Assembly (NCBI GenBank): GCA_043228905.1
Contig: JBHGNT010000003.1
Coordinates: 21,576,001 to 21,640,000, forward strand
Source of the DNA: Azolla caroliniana
Lineage: Eukaryota > Plantae > Polypodiophyta
Direction: 5' to 3'
Length of the DNA stretch: 64,000 bases
The translations under genes and the position numbers were made by a program. The notes below the pieces were generated by a model. That model did not search any database. It saw nothing but the letters and a program-made list of their open reading frames with translations, and was not told where the DNA came from. Numbering within the stretch: the first letter of the stretch is position 1; each line of letters opens with the position of its first letter. Positions 1-13,139 of this stretch are shown piece after piece.

Positions 1-2714
1 CTGCCGGAGTCTCCGGTCTGGTGTGGGGATCCCGGAGGACCGGACTTCCTTATGCTCATGACCTTGCTGGTAGGTCCGATTCGGTTCGTAGCCGGCGGCC
101 GCCTCGCCGGCCTGATACCTTCCTTCCCTGCTTTCCGTCGTCCGATCACGTTCACCTGCCGCCACCGTCCTTTCCTATAGGACTCACGCCAGCTCTCAGG
201 CCGACCGCCGGATCGGTGTGAGGATCTTCATGGGACCTCGGTTTGCTCGCCTTGCTGCTGCCACCGTTCTTCCCTCTAGGTCTCACGCTGGCTCTTGTTG
301 CGGGTTGCTGAAGTCTCTAGAACCAGTGGGGGTAAGGTCGTTGCTCCACCGCTCGCCGTCTTGTCACATTCACCTGCCGCCACCGATCTCTCCTATAGGA
401 CTCACACCGACACTCGGGCCGACAGCCGTATCGGTGTGAGGATCTCCGTCGATTGACCTACCGTAGTTCTTTGCCTTCGTCCCCTCGCCGCCACCGATTG
501 CCACTCTAGGTCTCACGTCGGCTCTCGAGCCGACCACCGAAGTCTCTAGAACCGGTGTGAAGGATCCTCCTTGGGCTCGTTGTAACCTAGACCCTTATCC
601 CGGGTCGTCTTCGTCTGCAAGTTGAGAGGGTGGCTCGCTCCACACCCTCCCCCGTGGTACCGACGTACCGATCTTCCCGGCCTCTTCGTAGGCCTGTCCT
701 CTTCGCTCTCCCGGATCGGAAGTCCGCTCTGCCCGGTTCTCGTCTGGGTCCGTCTGTCACTCTCTGGATTGCCGGGTCCCGTTCTCGTGTTGCCACAGAC
801 CTCTCCTATAGGACTCACGCCGGCACTCAGGCCGATAGGCAGATCGGTGTGAGGATCTTCGTAGGACCGGTCTTCGTTCTCCTCTCTGTGCTCCCGCCAC
901 CATCTTCCATCTCTTTCGGTCTCACATTGCCACCTCAGCCGAACTGCCGAAGTCTCCGGACAAGATGTGGGGTAACCTTTTTTGTAACGTCTCCTTGGCA
1001 ACTCGTCCGGGCCACCGATCCTTTTAGCGGTGTCGGTTGATAGCATCCGCTCTGTGATCAATCAAACCCCACCTGGGCTTGATGCTCCAATGTCTGGAGT
1101 TTCGGCTCTGATGCCGACCTTGCCGGACTCGTTCCGAACCCTTGATCACCTTCCTTCCAATTCCGGACCTTCGCTCGGTCGGTCTTTCTCCCCATGTAAA
1201 AGAGGGCGGTACTTAGATAGCTTCCGTCTTGTCGGTTGTTGTTGATGTCGAGTACCGTTCCTTGCCACCACCATCCTTCTCTCTCGGCCTTATGTTGCCA
1301 CATTGGCCGAACAACCAAAGTCTCTGAATCAGTGTGCAGATCCCATAGGACCGGCCTTCGTATCGTTGCTTGCCGAAATTCGGGTGTCTTTTGTTTGAGT
1401 CCCTCCCAGACTCTCCTCGTGTCTCCTGTGTAGTCGGGTCCCATTTTCCCGCCGCCACCAGCCTTCTCTCAAGGTCTCACGTTGCCACGTTGCCACGCTG
1501 GCCGAACTGCCGGAGTCTCAGGTCTGGTGTGGGAATCCTGGAGGACCGAACTTCCTTATCTCATGACCTTGCCGGTAGGTCCGATTCGGTTCATAGCTGG
1601 CGGCCGCCTCGCCGGCCTGATACCTTCCTTCCCTGCTTTCCATCGTCCGATCACGTTCACCTGCCGCCACCGTCCTTTCCTATAGGACTCACGGCAGCTC
1701 TCGGGCCGACCGCCGGATCGGTGTGAGGATCGTCGTGGGACCTCGGTTTGCTCGCCTTGATGCTGCCACCGTTCTTCCCTCTAGGTCTCACGCTGGCTCT
1801 TGTTGCGGGTTGCTGAAGTCTCTAGAACCAGTGGGTGTAAGGTCGTTGCTCCACCGCTCGCCGTCTTGTCACATTCACCTGCCGCCACCGATCTCTCCTA
1901 TAGGACTCACACCGACACTCGGGCCGACAGCCGTATCGGTGTGAGGATCTCCGTAGATCGCCCTACCGCAGTTCTTTGCCTTCGTCCCCTCGCCGCCACC
2001 GATCGCCATTTTAGATCTCACGTCGGCTCTCGAGCCGACCACCGGAGTCTCTAGAACCGGTGTGAAGGATCCTCCTTGGGCTTGTTGTAACCTAGATCCT
2101 TATCTCGGGTCGTCTTCGTCCGCAAGTTGAGAGGGTGGCTCGCTCCACACCCTCCCCCGTGGTACCGACGTACCGATCTTCCCGGCCTCTTCGTAGGCTT
2201 GTCCTCTCCGCTCTCCCGGATCGGAAGTCCGCTCTGCCCGGTTCTCGTCTGGGTCCGTCTGTCACTCTCTGGATTGCCGGGTCCCGTTCTCGTGTTGCCA
2301 CAGACCTCTCCTATAGGACTCACGCCGGCACTCAGGCCGACAGGCGGATCGGTGTGAGGGTCTTCGTAGGACCGGTCTTCGTTCTCCTCTTTGTGCTCCC
2401 GCCACCATCTTCCATCTCTTTCGGTCTCACGTTGCCACCTCAGCCGAACTGCTGAAGTCTCCGGACATGATGTGGGGTAACCTTTTTCGTAACGTCTCCT
2501 TGGCAACTCGTCCGGGCCACCGATCCTTTTAGCGGTGTCGGTTGATAGCATTCGCTCTGTGATCAACCAAACCCCACCTGGGCTTGATGCTCCAATGTCT
2601 GGAGTTTCGGCTCCGATGCCGACCTTGCCGGACTCGTTCCGAACCCTTGATCACCTTCCTTCCAATTCCCGACCTTCGCCCGGTCGGTCTTTCTCCCCAT
2701 ATAAAAGAGGGCGG
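1..2714. repeat. ~1.5-kb-period internal duplication in X1 with nested ~55-bp sub-repeats
   Basis: 1-1209 is near-identical to 1507-2714 (paired ORFs 218/1723 and 546/2051). The motif tcctataggactcac...ggatcggtgtgaggatc recurs at about 173, 391, 804, 1678, 1896 and 2309. Confidence 0.9.
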
Positions 2715-2746
2715 CTCGTTCCGCACCCTCTCCCATATCGGCACCT

Positions 2747-3827
2747 TCATGCCGATTCTGGCCCAGATCGAACAATCCACGACCGGATTGCGCTCCACCC
2801 GTATCGGAGCGCCGCACGGTTCGTTCCCCGGTCGGGTCGTTTCTTGGTCTCTTCGTTGATCTTTTCGTGGGCTATCTCCCATCCATCTTCGTTGGCATCG
2901 TGCCAGGACTCCTCGATACCGTCATCCATCTCCTCGGTCTCACATGGGCGTAAGGGCTCGAATGCCGAGTTCTCCAGAATCGGGTCCGAGGGCTTTCGTC
3001 CGCTCCTTCCCCGTATCGTCTCGTTGGTGATTCTTGGTCTCACACCGCCGCCTTCCTCCTCTAGGGACTCACATGGGCACAGGGGCCCGACTGTCATCAT
3101 CTCGGGAGCAAGTGTGGGAAGATGCGAAGAATCGCCCGTCCGTTTTATGCCCTTGTCTGTAGCCACTGGCTCTTTGTGGTCGGTGGTCGACTCTTTACCG
3201 ATCGCGCAAGCCCCGCCTGGGCTTGCTTCTCCAATGTCTGGGGTTTCGGGCTGACACGCCCGAAACCGCTGCTCCCAACGTTCCGATTCTGCGATCGGTA
3301 TCTCGGCCTCGTCCTTAACCGTTCTATCTCCGCAAGTCGAGAGGGCATTTTGTTTCACACCCTCGCCCATGGTACCATCGTACCGGTCTTCTGCCATCTC
3401 GTGGGGCAAGTTCGGCTCCTCGGCGTCGGCTTGCGGCCTCGATCTTTCCTCTTCCTTGAGCCTCGCCTCGAGAGCCGCGTACACCTCCGCAATTCTGGCC
3501 CCGAAGCCGAGCCTTGCCGACTCTCTTTGTCGTTCGGCCTCTTCCCACTGTGATGGCACGCCGTCGCGCGCCTTCCTCTTAGCCTTCTCGGCTCGCTCGT
3601 CATCTAGCCTTTGGCACACCCTTCCGACCTTCGACCAGTCCTCCGTGAGGCCATTCGCTCCGTCCTCGTCTTTGAGCTCAATCCCGATGGCCTCCCGTTC
3701 TGCTCGGTCGATTGACTTAACGAACAACAGGACCTTGTCCGCCCCCACCAGACCTTGTTCCCGCTCCGGGAGACGAGCAAGCCATCGCTCGAACTCTCGG
3801 AACGCCTTCGTTGCGCCCCAGTGGGTC
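2747..3827 (-). pseudogene. X1 Gag-like ORF, distal part (capsid C-terminal half plus acidic low-complexity tail)
   Basis: AFREFER..RL..DKVLLFVKSID..GLTEDWSKVGRVCQRLD aligns by eye with G-type Gag (LREFEERFARL..SRVLLFIKSVD..GLITDWAAVRRVCGRFD at 60981-61754). Split from its N-terminus by the hAT. Confidence 0.75.
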
Positions 3828-3837
3828 CATGGTTGTT

Positions 3838-3985
3838 AGGTACGGTACTGATACCATACGTATTTAACGTATTAATACGGGTATAGTACCTCCCAATTTT
3901 AAAATACGTTAAATACGTTTTTTAGTATGTTAAATACCTATAAAATACATAAAATATGTATAGTACGTTAAATACGTTAAATACT
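3838..3985. repeat. hAT left subterminal repeats (AATACG/TACGT)
   Basis: Dense aatacg/tacgt motifs, mirrored at the other end; typical of transposase-binding regions. Confidence 0.75.
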
Positions 3986-4641
3986 TCTAGAATTTGAAAT
4001 TTATTTACTTTCTTAAAAAATATTTGTAATATTGTAATATTGTAACCGTGTATATGCAATGTAACGAAGGATTCCATGGCTGTAGTTGCATCTTAAAAGT
4101 ACTAAATGGCAAATCGAGCAAATATGAGAATCAAAAGGATATAAATCAACAAATCAAATAGATATTTGTTAGGTAAAAAGAAACCCAAACTTGTTGGGCA
4201 TTTACAACAACAGCCAAGGCCACGAAGCAAAAACTGTATATCCCTCACATGATTGAGGAATTCACATGATGAGTCATGACAAGCTAAAATTCTACCAAAA
4301 AAATCGTACTTTTGACAAAAACAACACTTTGACAAGAAGTGCAACATACCTATTGAAGAAAAGACCACATCTTTTGATTTGGAAAAAACCTTCAGAACAC
4401 ATAACATCAAATATTTGAGATACACTTACATTGCATTTGGCCAAAGAAATAGAATGCATTGTAGGAACAAAATTTAGAAAAAAACCTTAACAACACATAA
4501 CATCAGATATTTGACTTCTAAGAACACATAACTTGAACTATGTCCAAGACTCCAATGTATCAAAATGGGCTTAGATCAAAGAAAAGTAACATATGGCTAT
4601 TGAGCTTAGTAATAATGTATAGAAATCAGAAATATTAGTCA

Positions 4642-7350
4642 TTAGATCTCGTCCTCATCACAATCACCATCTTCATCATCAGATTCAGTGTTAGTTGATG
4701 ACATCAACATAGGTTCTTCGTCAGTAAGATCATCATAATTTGTATGAATTGCTTCTTCTATTCCATTGACATTATCTTGATCATTTGGTGGTAAAGAAGC
4801 AAATGTACTTGATCTTGTTATTCTCCTATTACAAGAAGACCGCTCATCATCTCTTCTTGGCCTCTGCCTTCATATTCGATCAATAGGGACTCCATCCCAT
4901 GATGTTGTCGTATGTGATCTTGTCATGCTCCTTGTCCTTCTTCTCATGCTCATTGTTTCTTGAAAATAAGTTTCATAGAATTCTCTATCCATATCATTCT
5001 TGTGGCTAATAGATGGAATATCAGGAGTCTTAGAGACATCTATCTCATTTGGATTCACCTGCAAACAAGTTTATAAAAGCTTAACGAAATTTGAGGAATG
5101 TAAATTATAAGAAGTGAATAAAACAATACCTGCATTGGAGATGCATTCATAGTCTCAAACTTGCGAACTAGCCTTAAGTTCTCTCGCACATATACCAATC
5201 GTTCAAGTTGTGCTACCTTTAGTCTAATTCTATTTTTTGTATGTGCGAGAGCATGTGCATTCCAATTCCTTTCTGCTGCCCCAGAAGAGCAATCCTAATA
5301 GAAAACAAAATATGAAATAAAAGGTAGTACACAAAAGTGCAGTATTTTAGAACTTAACTATAAAATTGATCATTTTTTCAAAACTTGACACTTGGGATAA
5401 TATGCGGACAGCTAATGCTTGGAGCTTTGGAGTTCTTCCACCAAAATTTTCCCACCATGTGACTGGCGTCATCATAGATATCTCTTCACGTGCTAATGCA
5501 TAGCTAAATGTCCCTGTACCATTTCGATATTCATGCAATTCACGAAATAAGATATCACATTCAAGTGTCGAGTACAATTTTTTTGTATAGCTCATCCATG
5601 CATCCATTAACTCGGGGTTAATAAATGTAGCCTCCTCTCTCCACATCGGATGCAGCAAATGAGCTACAAGGTGGATCGGCCTCTTGAACCATTTCCATCG
5701 TATGTCAAATAACTTCAAAACATCTTCGTACCTAAAAGGGTATTAGTAATTACAAAATGATCTGATCTTAAAACATGAGAAAACATTTGGAGGTTTAATG
5801 CTAGGAAACCATAAAAAATTAAAATAAATATGAAATTTACTTGGATTTGTGGGGGATGTTTTCTTCCACTCCTTTTGCTAAAACATCTTTGCTTCTTCGC
5901 ATAAACTCATATAACAAACCAATAGTGGATCCCTCCCTATCAGTAAGTCGTAAAACACTATACAATGGTGCCATTAGGGTCAAAACAACTTGAAACGAGG
6001 ACTCAGTTGTAGGATCAAGGATGTAGTTCTTTACATTCATGGCATCTGGCTTATTGCAATCTGACCAAGACCTCCACATGTCACTCACCACTGTTTGCTC
6101 AAGAGGATACCAAACTTTGAGCAAACGTTGTATGACAAGGTACATCACACCAAACCTTGTCTTAGAAGGTCTCAAGATGGCGAGGTTACTGTGAGCAGAA
6201 ATTTTTTTCCTAGCATTCCTCTTCTTGCAAAAAAAACGTACGATATTATTTGCTTTCAACATAATACTTTTCATCCAAGGCAGCTGACCAATGTCCTCCA
6301 AAAGTAGATCCAAAGAATGGGTTGCACATGGAGTCCAAACAATATTAGGGAACTCTGATTCTAGCAAAGACCCCATGCGGACACAACTAGATGCATTGTC
6401 TGAAATGACTTGGACCACATTTTCCTTACCAACTTCTCTAATTGCCTCTGAAATTCTTTCAGCTAACCAAGAGCTATCAACTGTTGGTGTTGTATTAGCA
6501 TGACTACAATCAATGGACTTGAGGAACATTGTCCCATAACAAGATGATACGAGGACATTTACAAGTTGCCTATGAGAAACATCAACCCATCCATCTGTTA
6601 ATATAGAACAACCATACTTGGGCCATAATCCTTTTACCCTAAACCCTAAACCTCATTTTTCAAGCCTTTCGTCCTCATGTAATTATATGTGACTCCATTA
6701 TGTTTCTCTCCAATTGTAGAGAAAGCTTCTAACATGTTCCGCCAACATGGTGTTTTTAATAGATTAAATGACAAATTTGCTTCAATGATACATCTCACCT
6801 CCATAACGTTTGCATGTTGTTTCCTTTGCATTTGTAACACATGTCCTTTACGCAACGGTTGTTTTTTCACTATAATTGCTGGTGGATATGGTTGGCGACT
6901 ACCACCACCCATACATGACATGCTTTGACTTTCATCAACAAAGGTAGACGAGCATGAGGTAGAAACACCTAAAAGAAAAAAAAATTCAAGATAAATAATT
7001 TACAATTATTTAAACATTAGTAATCAAGACACCTATTGTAGGCTTGTGTCTATACCTTGTTCAGGCATGTTGAATGAGTCGATCTCTGCTACTATATCTT
7101 CTTCTTCGCCAATTGCTTGGCTTCCACAATTACCATCCAAAGTTGTAAGGTCAATCAACATTTCCTTGGGGACATTGGTACATTTCGTTACTCCATGGCT
7201 AGGTTTTCCAATTAAATGAGCAATCATTCGTGTTGCTGACCCATGCATATGTTTGTTGCAAAATTTACAGTTCCAACTCCTATTTCCTGTTTGACTTCTT
7301 ACGACATTGAGGCAACATGTATCCCAATATTTGTTCTTAATGGGCGGCAT
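4642..7350 (-). pseudogene. hAT transposase pseudogene (BED finger, catalytic core, C-terminal dimerisation motif), about 5 exons
   Basis: WNCKFC..RMIAHL..C BED finger; GCSILTDGW; VVQVISDNAS; WTPCATHSLDL; TRF; WWENFG..PKLQALAVRILSQ|DCSSGAAERNW..HTKNRIRL. GT-AG introns at about 7032-6969, 5840-5732, 5391-5295 and 5129-5059. Premature stops at 7033-7035 and 4870-4872, and a frame break at about 6640. Confidence 0.9.
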
Positions 7351-7689
7351 TTTCCTTCTTTACGACATTGAGGAGCAAGATTATATGAATGCATTAAAGC
7401 AAATCAAAGAACTGAAAACTTTGAATAGATCAACCTTCAGGGAGGATGAGGATTATACTACTTTAAATAAGCAACTACAGGATACTCAAGAGTATCTTTT
7501 ATTCATAGAAAGCAAATACAAGAAAATGTTACAATTAAGGACATGTATAAAAACAGAAAATTCAACTCTTTTGGAAGCTAAAAAGGAAGCAAAAATTACC
7601 ATAACTTAACTAAAGAGCCTTAATGCTTAACGTAATAACGACATGCATAAAAGCAAAAAACTCAACAAGTTTGGAAGCCAAAAGGGAAG

Positions 7690-8190
7690 TAGAATTTGGT
7701 CAAGAAATCCATCTTGAAGATGTACAGAAAGGGTTCGATGAAGATCTATTTATTCATAGTGCTTTGCTAGATATGTATGTCAAATGTGGATCTATAGTGG
7801 AAGTGCAAAATGTTTTCAACCGAATGTCCAACCGAGATGTGGTATTATGGACAACATTGATTGCATGATATGCTGAGCATGGACCCGTTGAGGATGCACT
7901 AAAAAGCTTTGAAAAGATACAAGATGAGGGGATACTTATTACTACCAAACACTTTCACCTTTTCTTGTGTCTTAAAGGAATGCTCTCATTGGAGGGTTTG
8001 TTGAGTATAGAACTACTGAGAAAGCATTAGATTCTTTCGATAAAATGCAAGTTGATGGAATCTTTCCGGATGCATATACATTGCCCATGTCCTAAAAGTG
8101 TGCGGTTTATTAGGGCCTACAGATAAAGGACAATCCATGTATATGGAGGCTGTAATGAAAGGGTTCTAGCAAGTGCATATTTATTCATAC
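7690..8190 (+). pseudogene. PLS-class pentatricopeptide repeat (PPR) gene fragment inside the hAT
   Basis: GQEIH..KGFDEDLFIHSALLDMYVKCGSIVEVQNVFNRMSNRDVVLWTTLIA*YAEHG..EDALKSFEKIQDEG, then MQVDGIFPDAYT. Contains stops and frameshifts. Confidence 0.88.
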
Positions 8191-11100
8191 TGTAGAGAGA
8201 CAAGCTCAACATCGGCCGGATCGGCTGAAGAAGCCGAGGAACGGATTAGTTGGGACCGATCGGTTAGGCCGAGTGCGTAAACCGGGAGGTCGTTAGGAAA
8301 GATATTCCGCGAGGAATATATTTGGGAGTTAGTGTAGGAGCTCTTGATGAGCATTGAAGTACTGTCAGTACTTCGGTCAGTCCTTCTAGGACTTGTATAA
8401 AGGTGTTCATTGAGCACGTCTTATGTACAAACTGAGTATTATTGTTGATATAGTTTTTGTGTTCTCTCTCACTCTCTGTCTCTCCCTCGTATACTGCGTA
8501 AGCTCAAGCTCTCCATTGAACCTGAGTTTCCTTCCTTCTGTTCCGTCTTCATACCTGCTTCCGCACGCTACTTTTTACATGGTATCAGAGCGCGAGGGTT
8601 GAGAACCTCTCTGCAGCCGACACAGCTTGACGAAGAAGAACGAGAAGAACGATGGATAGAGGCATGGCGAGCTCGCTTCCAACAGAGAAGCTCGACAGAA
8701 CCAACTACGCGTCTTGGTCCTACAAGATGCACCAGTACCGAGTGCTGGTACTGTGGCAAGAAAGGCCACAGGGAAAGTGAGTGCTGGAAGAAGCGCGCCG
8801 ATTCGGAGAGAACTGGTTCCAGGAACGGCTCCAGACATACTGACAAGGGAAATCGGCAGCGATCGCACTACGCCGAAGACTCCGGGAGAGCCGGAGAAGG
8901 GACTAACTTCGTGACGAGACAAGAAGCAAACTCAATGAAACAGACCACCCCGAGATCGGATGAGGTGTGGTACGTAGACTCCGGCGCGTCAAACCACATG
9001 ACGAGCCATAAGGAGTGGTTCTCGTACCTTGGAAAACCGATACAACTTGGAGTAGTCTCAACTAGAGACGACACTCCGCATCCAATCGCGAATGTCGGAG
9101 AAGTTCCCCTTAGCCATGTTGGGCAGAAAGGGAAACTCATGAATGTGCTGCACGTCCCAACAATCACGAAAAACTTGGTCTCGGTCAGACAGATCGTCGA
9201 CCAAGGGATGGAGGTTCGGTTTACACACCTCAGGTGCTTCATTGAGGAAGAAGGCCGTGTGATTGCGCAAGGGCGCAGAGACGGGAGGATGTTCATCCTC
9301 GACTCCACTAACGGCGGCACCGCAATGTTCGCGAAGGGACAAAAGACCGAGTCGGACATCGACTTGTGGCACAAGCGGATAGGCCACGTCAACCACTAAC
9401 GGCTTCAAGATCTGCAATCGAAACAGGTAGTATTCGGATTGCCCAAATTTAGTGGCCGAAAGGCACAAATTTGTGAAGTCTGCCAGCTCGAGAAGCAACA
9501 CCGACTTCCTTTCCCAAACGAGCGAAACCGGAGCCGGAATAAGCTCGACCTTATACACTCCGACGTATGGGGGCCGACACAAAACGTTAGTCTTGGTGGG
9601 AGCCGATATTTCGTCTCCTTCATCGACGACCACACGCGGCACACGTGGATCTACCTCATTGAGAGGAAGAGCGAAGTCTTCGACTGTTTCCAGGACCTCA
9701 AAGGGTTCGTGGAAACGGAAACGGGACGAAAGATCAGGTGCCTGCGGTCGGATGGTGGGAAAGAGTACTTTTCCGGTCAATTCAACGGTTACCTACAACA
9801 AATGGGAATTCGCCGCGAATTCAGTTGTAGATACACGCCAGAGCAGAACGGCGTGGCCGAGAGAAAAAATCGGTCAGTTGTGGAAGCGGCATAGGCAATG
9901 CTGGAGGAGAAGAGCTTGCCCAAGTTCTACTGGGCCGAGGCGATAAGGACCGCGGTATACATCCAAAACCGGATCGGAGACAAAGTGTCGGCGCACGAGC
10001 TATATTTCGGAACGAAGCCGAACTTGCGACACTTGAGGGTGTTCGGTAGCATTGCGTATGTGCATGTACCGAATGAGAAAAGGAGGAAGCTGGACGCAAA
10101 GGCCGAGAAGTGCATCTTGGTCGGTTACTCAGACGAGCAGAAGGGTTATAAGTGCTACAACCCTCGCACCAAACAAGCGCGTGTCAGCCGCGACGTTGTG
10201 TTTGACGAGTCCGCGTCCTGGTACCTGCCCCCGACTCGGAACACCGACTCCAATCCGAGCTCTAACGATGAGGTCAGCGAGGCCGAGATGCCTCCGGATG
10301 AGCCCGAAATCGAAACCCGCGAAGAGAGTCTGATTTCAGTCCGGTTAAGTGGACCGATTGGACGACTGAGTCGGTACAACCAGTCCGATGAAGAACAGGC
10401 GAGTAGTGGAGACTCGACCGTGCATTCCCCGCGCAGGAAGCTGAGGAGACGGCTTACGCGCAAAGAGAAAGGGAAGAAGAAGGTGTCGGATTCCGGCACG
10501 GATAGGAACGAGTCAGACCGACGCGAGTCCGACTTCAAGGGAACCGGTGACGGGTCTTTAAAGGTGAAGACCGCGTCGACCGAGAAGGCCTCGACATCGG
10601 CTAATGTGAGATTACGCCGATCTACCCGCTAGAAGAATCATGTTTTGCGGTTCGGATACAACGAGTACATGGTGCATCATTATGCGTACATGACCCGTGT
10701 AGCGGAAGTGCGTGAGCCGGAGAGCTACGCAGAAGCGGCTAAAGACGCGAATTGGCGCACCGCGATGGAGGAAGAGATGCACGCATTAGCGGAGAACGAG
10801 ACCTGGGACCTGGTTGACGCACCAACAGGGGTAAAATCGATCGGGTGTAGGTGGGTGTACAAGGTCAAGTACAACACCGATGGCTCCGTCAACCGGTACA
10901 AGGCTCGGCTAGTGGCAAAGGGCTATGCGCAGAAACACGGCATCGACTACGATGAGACTTTTGCGCCGGTCGCGAAAATGACGACCGTCCGTGTTTTGCT
11001 CGCAGTAGCTGCGGCGAAGGGGTGGCACCTACATCAGATGGATGTAAAGAATGCGTTCCTGCAAGGTGACCTTGAGGAACAAGTGTACATGGTACAACCT

Positions 11101-13139
11101 CCCGGATTTAACTCTGGAACGAACTCCTCGACAGTATGCCGACTGAAGAAGTCCCTTTACGGACTGAAGCAAGCCCCGCGTGCCTGGAACGCGAAGATCA
11201 CGCAACAACTGCGTCGGATGGGCTTCGTCACGTCAAAAGCGGACTCTTCCCTGTTCATCCGAAAAGGTCGACTCGGACCGGTTAGTATTTTACTATATGT
11301 TGATGACTTGGTCATCACCGGCGTCGACCTAGGTGAAATCGACCGCGTGAAGCTCCAGCTTGTGGCATCGTTCGACATGAAGGATCTGGGGGACCTTCAT
11401 TACTTCCTCGGTATCGAAGTGATCCGTACCTCCGAAGGCATATTGATCAGCCAACGTCACTACGTGCTGAGTATGCTCTTCAAATTCGGGATGGCCGACT
11501 GTAAGTCCGTCTCGACTCCTCTAGAAAGAACGATCAAGCTTCGTCCCGATACGGGAAAGGAATGCGACCCGACGAGGTTCCGACAAATTGTCGGAAGCCT
11601 CATATACTTGACCATCACCCGACCCGACCTCAGTTATCTGGTCGGGGTGATCAGTCAGTTCATGGCGCGACCTACCGAGGAGCACCTTCAGTGTGCGCAA
11701 CGCGTACTTCAGTACGTAAGCGGCACTACGCACTGCGGATTGCTATATCGGAACGCCGCCGATTGCCGATCCACGTCTGGATACGTGTTCTCCCTTGGGG
11801 GTGCCGCGATCGCGTGGAGCAGTAAGAAGCAGCCGACAGTTGCACTGTCGAGCACCGAAGCTGAGTACCGAGGAGCGGTTGTCGCGACATGCGAAGCCAT
11901 ATGGTTGAAGCGGCTACTTACAGACCTGCAAGAGGAGGTGTCAGATCCGACGACGATCTACTGCAACAACCTCAGCGGCATCCAGCTCGCGAAAAACCCC
12001 GTTTTCCACGCGCGGACCAAGCACATTGAGGTGCACTACCATTTCGTCCGTGAGCGTGTCCTTTCCGATGAAGTCGAACTTCGGTAAGTTCCGACGGATC
12101 GGCAGATTGCCGACATCTTCACCAAGCCTCTTGGTCTGGACAAGTTGCGGCAGTTCTCCGGTGCACTCGGATTGCGTCACCTCGACGTGCCAAACTTGAG
12201 GGGGAGAACAGTCCCGAACGACCAAGCAAAGCAGCAGGAAAGGAGCGGAGGCCGCGACACCGAGTCGGTTGACTTGGTTGTTAACTCGGTTGTCGAGCTC
12301 GACTTCGGATCGGCTGAAGAAGCCGAGGGCGGACCCGCGGAAAAGTCCGGAAGCGGACAGAAGGGGAGCAACCGAAGGAGAGAGCCGAAGCCAACCACGC
12401 ATGGGGAAGATGACGGCATCGAGGGCGAGAAGACCGAAGACGAGTTGGAGACAGCCAACTCGGACGAGAGCAAAAACCGATCGGAGGTAGTCGAGTCGGT
12501 CCGGATGTTTGATTCAAATACGCTGAATCAACCGAGGCCCAAGCGGAAGAAAAGGCAGCAGGAGAAGCATCGACACCGCAACAGCAGAAAAGCTGATAAG
12601 GGCCGCATGAGCAGACAAGCCGACCGGAAGGGTCGAAGCACGCGGAGTCGAACAGGTCGAGGAGCGCGAGCGAGGCGTGAAGCCAGGAGGAACCGGAGCT
12701 GTGAGCCTGAGGATCCCGAAGAGCCTCGAGTTGAGCTTGAGGGGGAGTGTTGAGAGACAAGCTCAACATCGGCCGAATCGGCTGAAGAAGCCAAGGACCG
12801 GATCGGTTGGGACCGATCGGTTAGGCCGAGTGCGTAAACCGGGAGGTCGTTAGGAAAGATATTCCGTGAGGAATATATTTGGGAGTTAGTGTAGGAGCTC
12901 TTGATGAGCATTGAAGTACTGTCAGTACTTTGGTCAGTCCTTCTAGGACTTGTATAAAAGTGTTCACTGAGCACGTCTTATGTACAGACTGAGTATTATT
13001 GTTGAATATAGTTTTTGTGTTCTCTCTCACTCTCTCTGTCTCTCCCGCGTATACTGCGTAAGCTCAAGCTCTCCATTGAACCTGAGTTTCCTTCCTTCTG
13101 TTCCGTCTTCATACCTGCTTCCGCACGCTACTTTTTACA
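8191..13139 (+). mobile_element. Ty1/copia element C1, both LTRs present, gag internally deleted
   Basis: TSD CATAC at 8186-8190 and 13140-13144. LTRs 8191-8579 and 12748-13139 (TG..CA). PBS TGGTATCAGAGC 8580-8591 (tRNA-iMet). PPT 12737-12747. Confidence 0.96.
8653..12206 (+). pseudogene. C1 gag-pol remnant (ZnK-PR-INT-RT-RH)
   Basis: CWYCGKKGH..C, WYVDSGASNHM, LIHSDVWGP..LRSDGGKEY..EQNGVAER, QMDVKNAFL, LYVDD and ALSSTEAEY. Several in-frame stops. Most of gag is missing after MHQY (about 8739) relative to C3. Confidence 0.93.

Noticed and set aside
170-2360. CRISPR-like appearance of the recurring ~55-bp motif
   Set aside because: Spacing is irregular, the intervening sequence is itself duplicated, there are no cas genes, and the context is a eukaryotic retroelement.
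4102-4425. 107-aa ORF in the hAT 3' region
   Set aside because: No motif, and it lies in AT-rich subterminal sequence.
7307-7690. 100-aa ORF and a ~50-bp imperfect direct repeat upstream of the transposase
   Set aside because: AT-rich with no recognisable domain, and it overlaps the transposase start antisense. I cannot support it as a gene.
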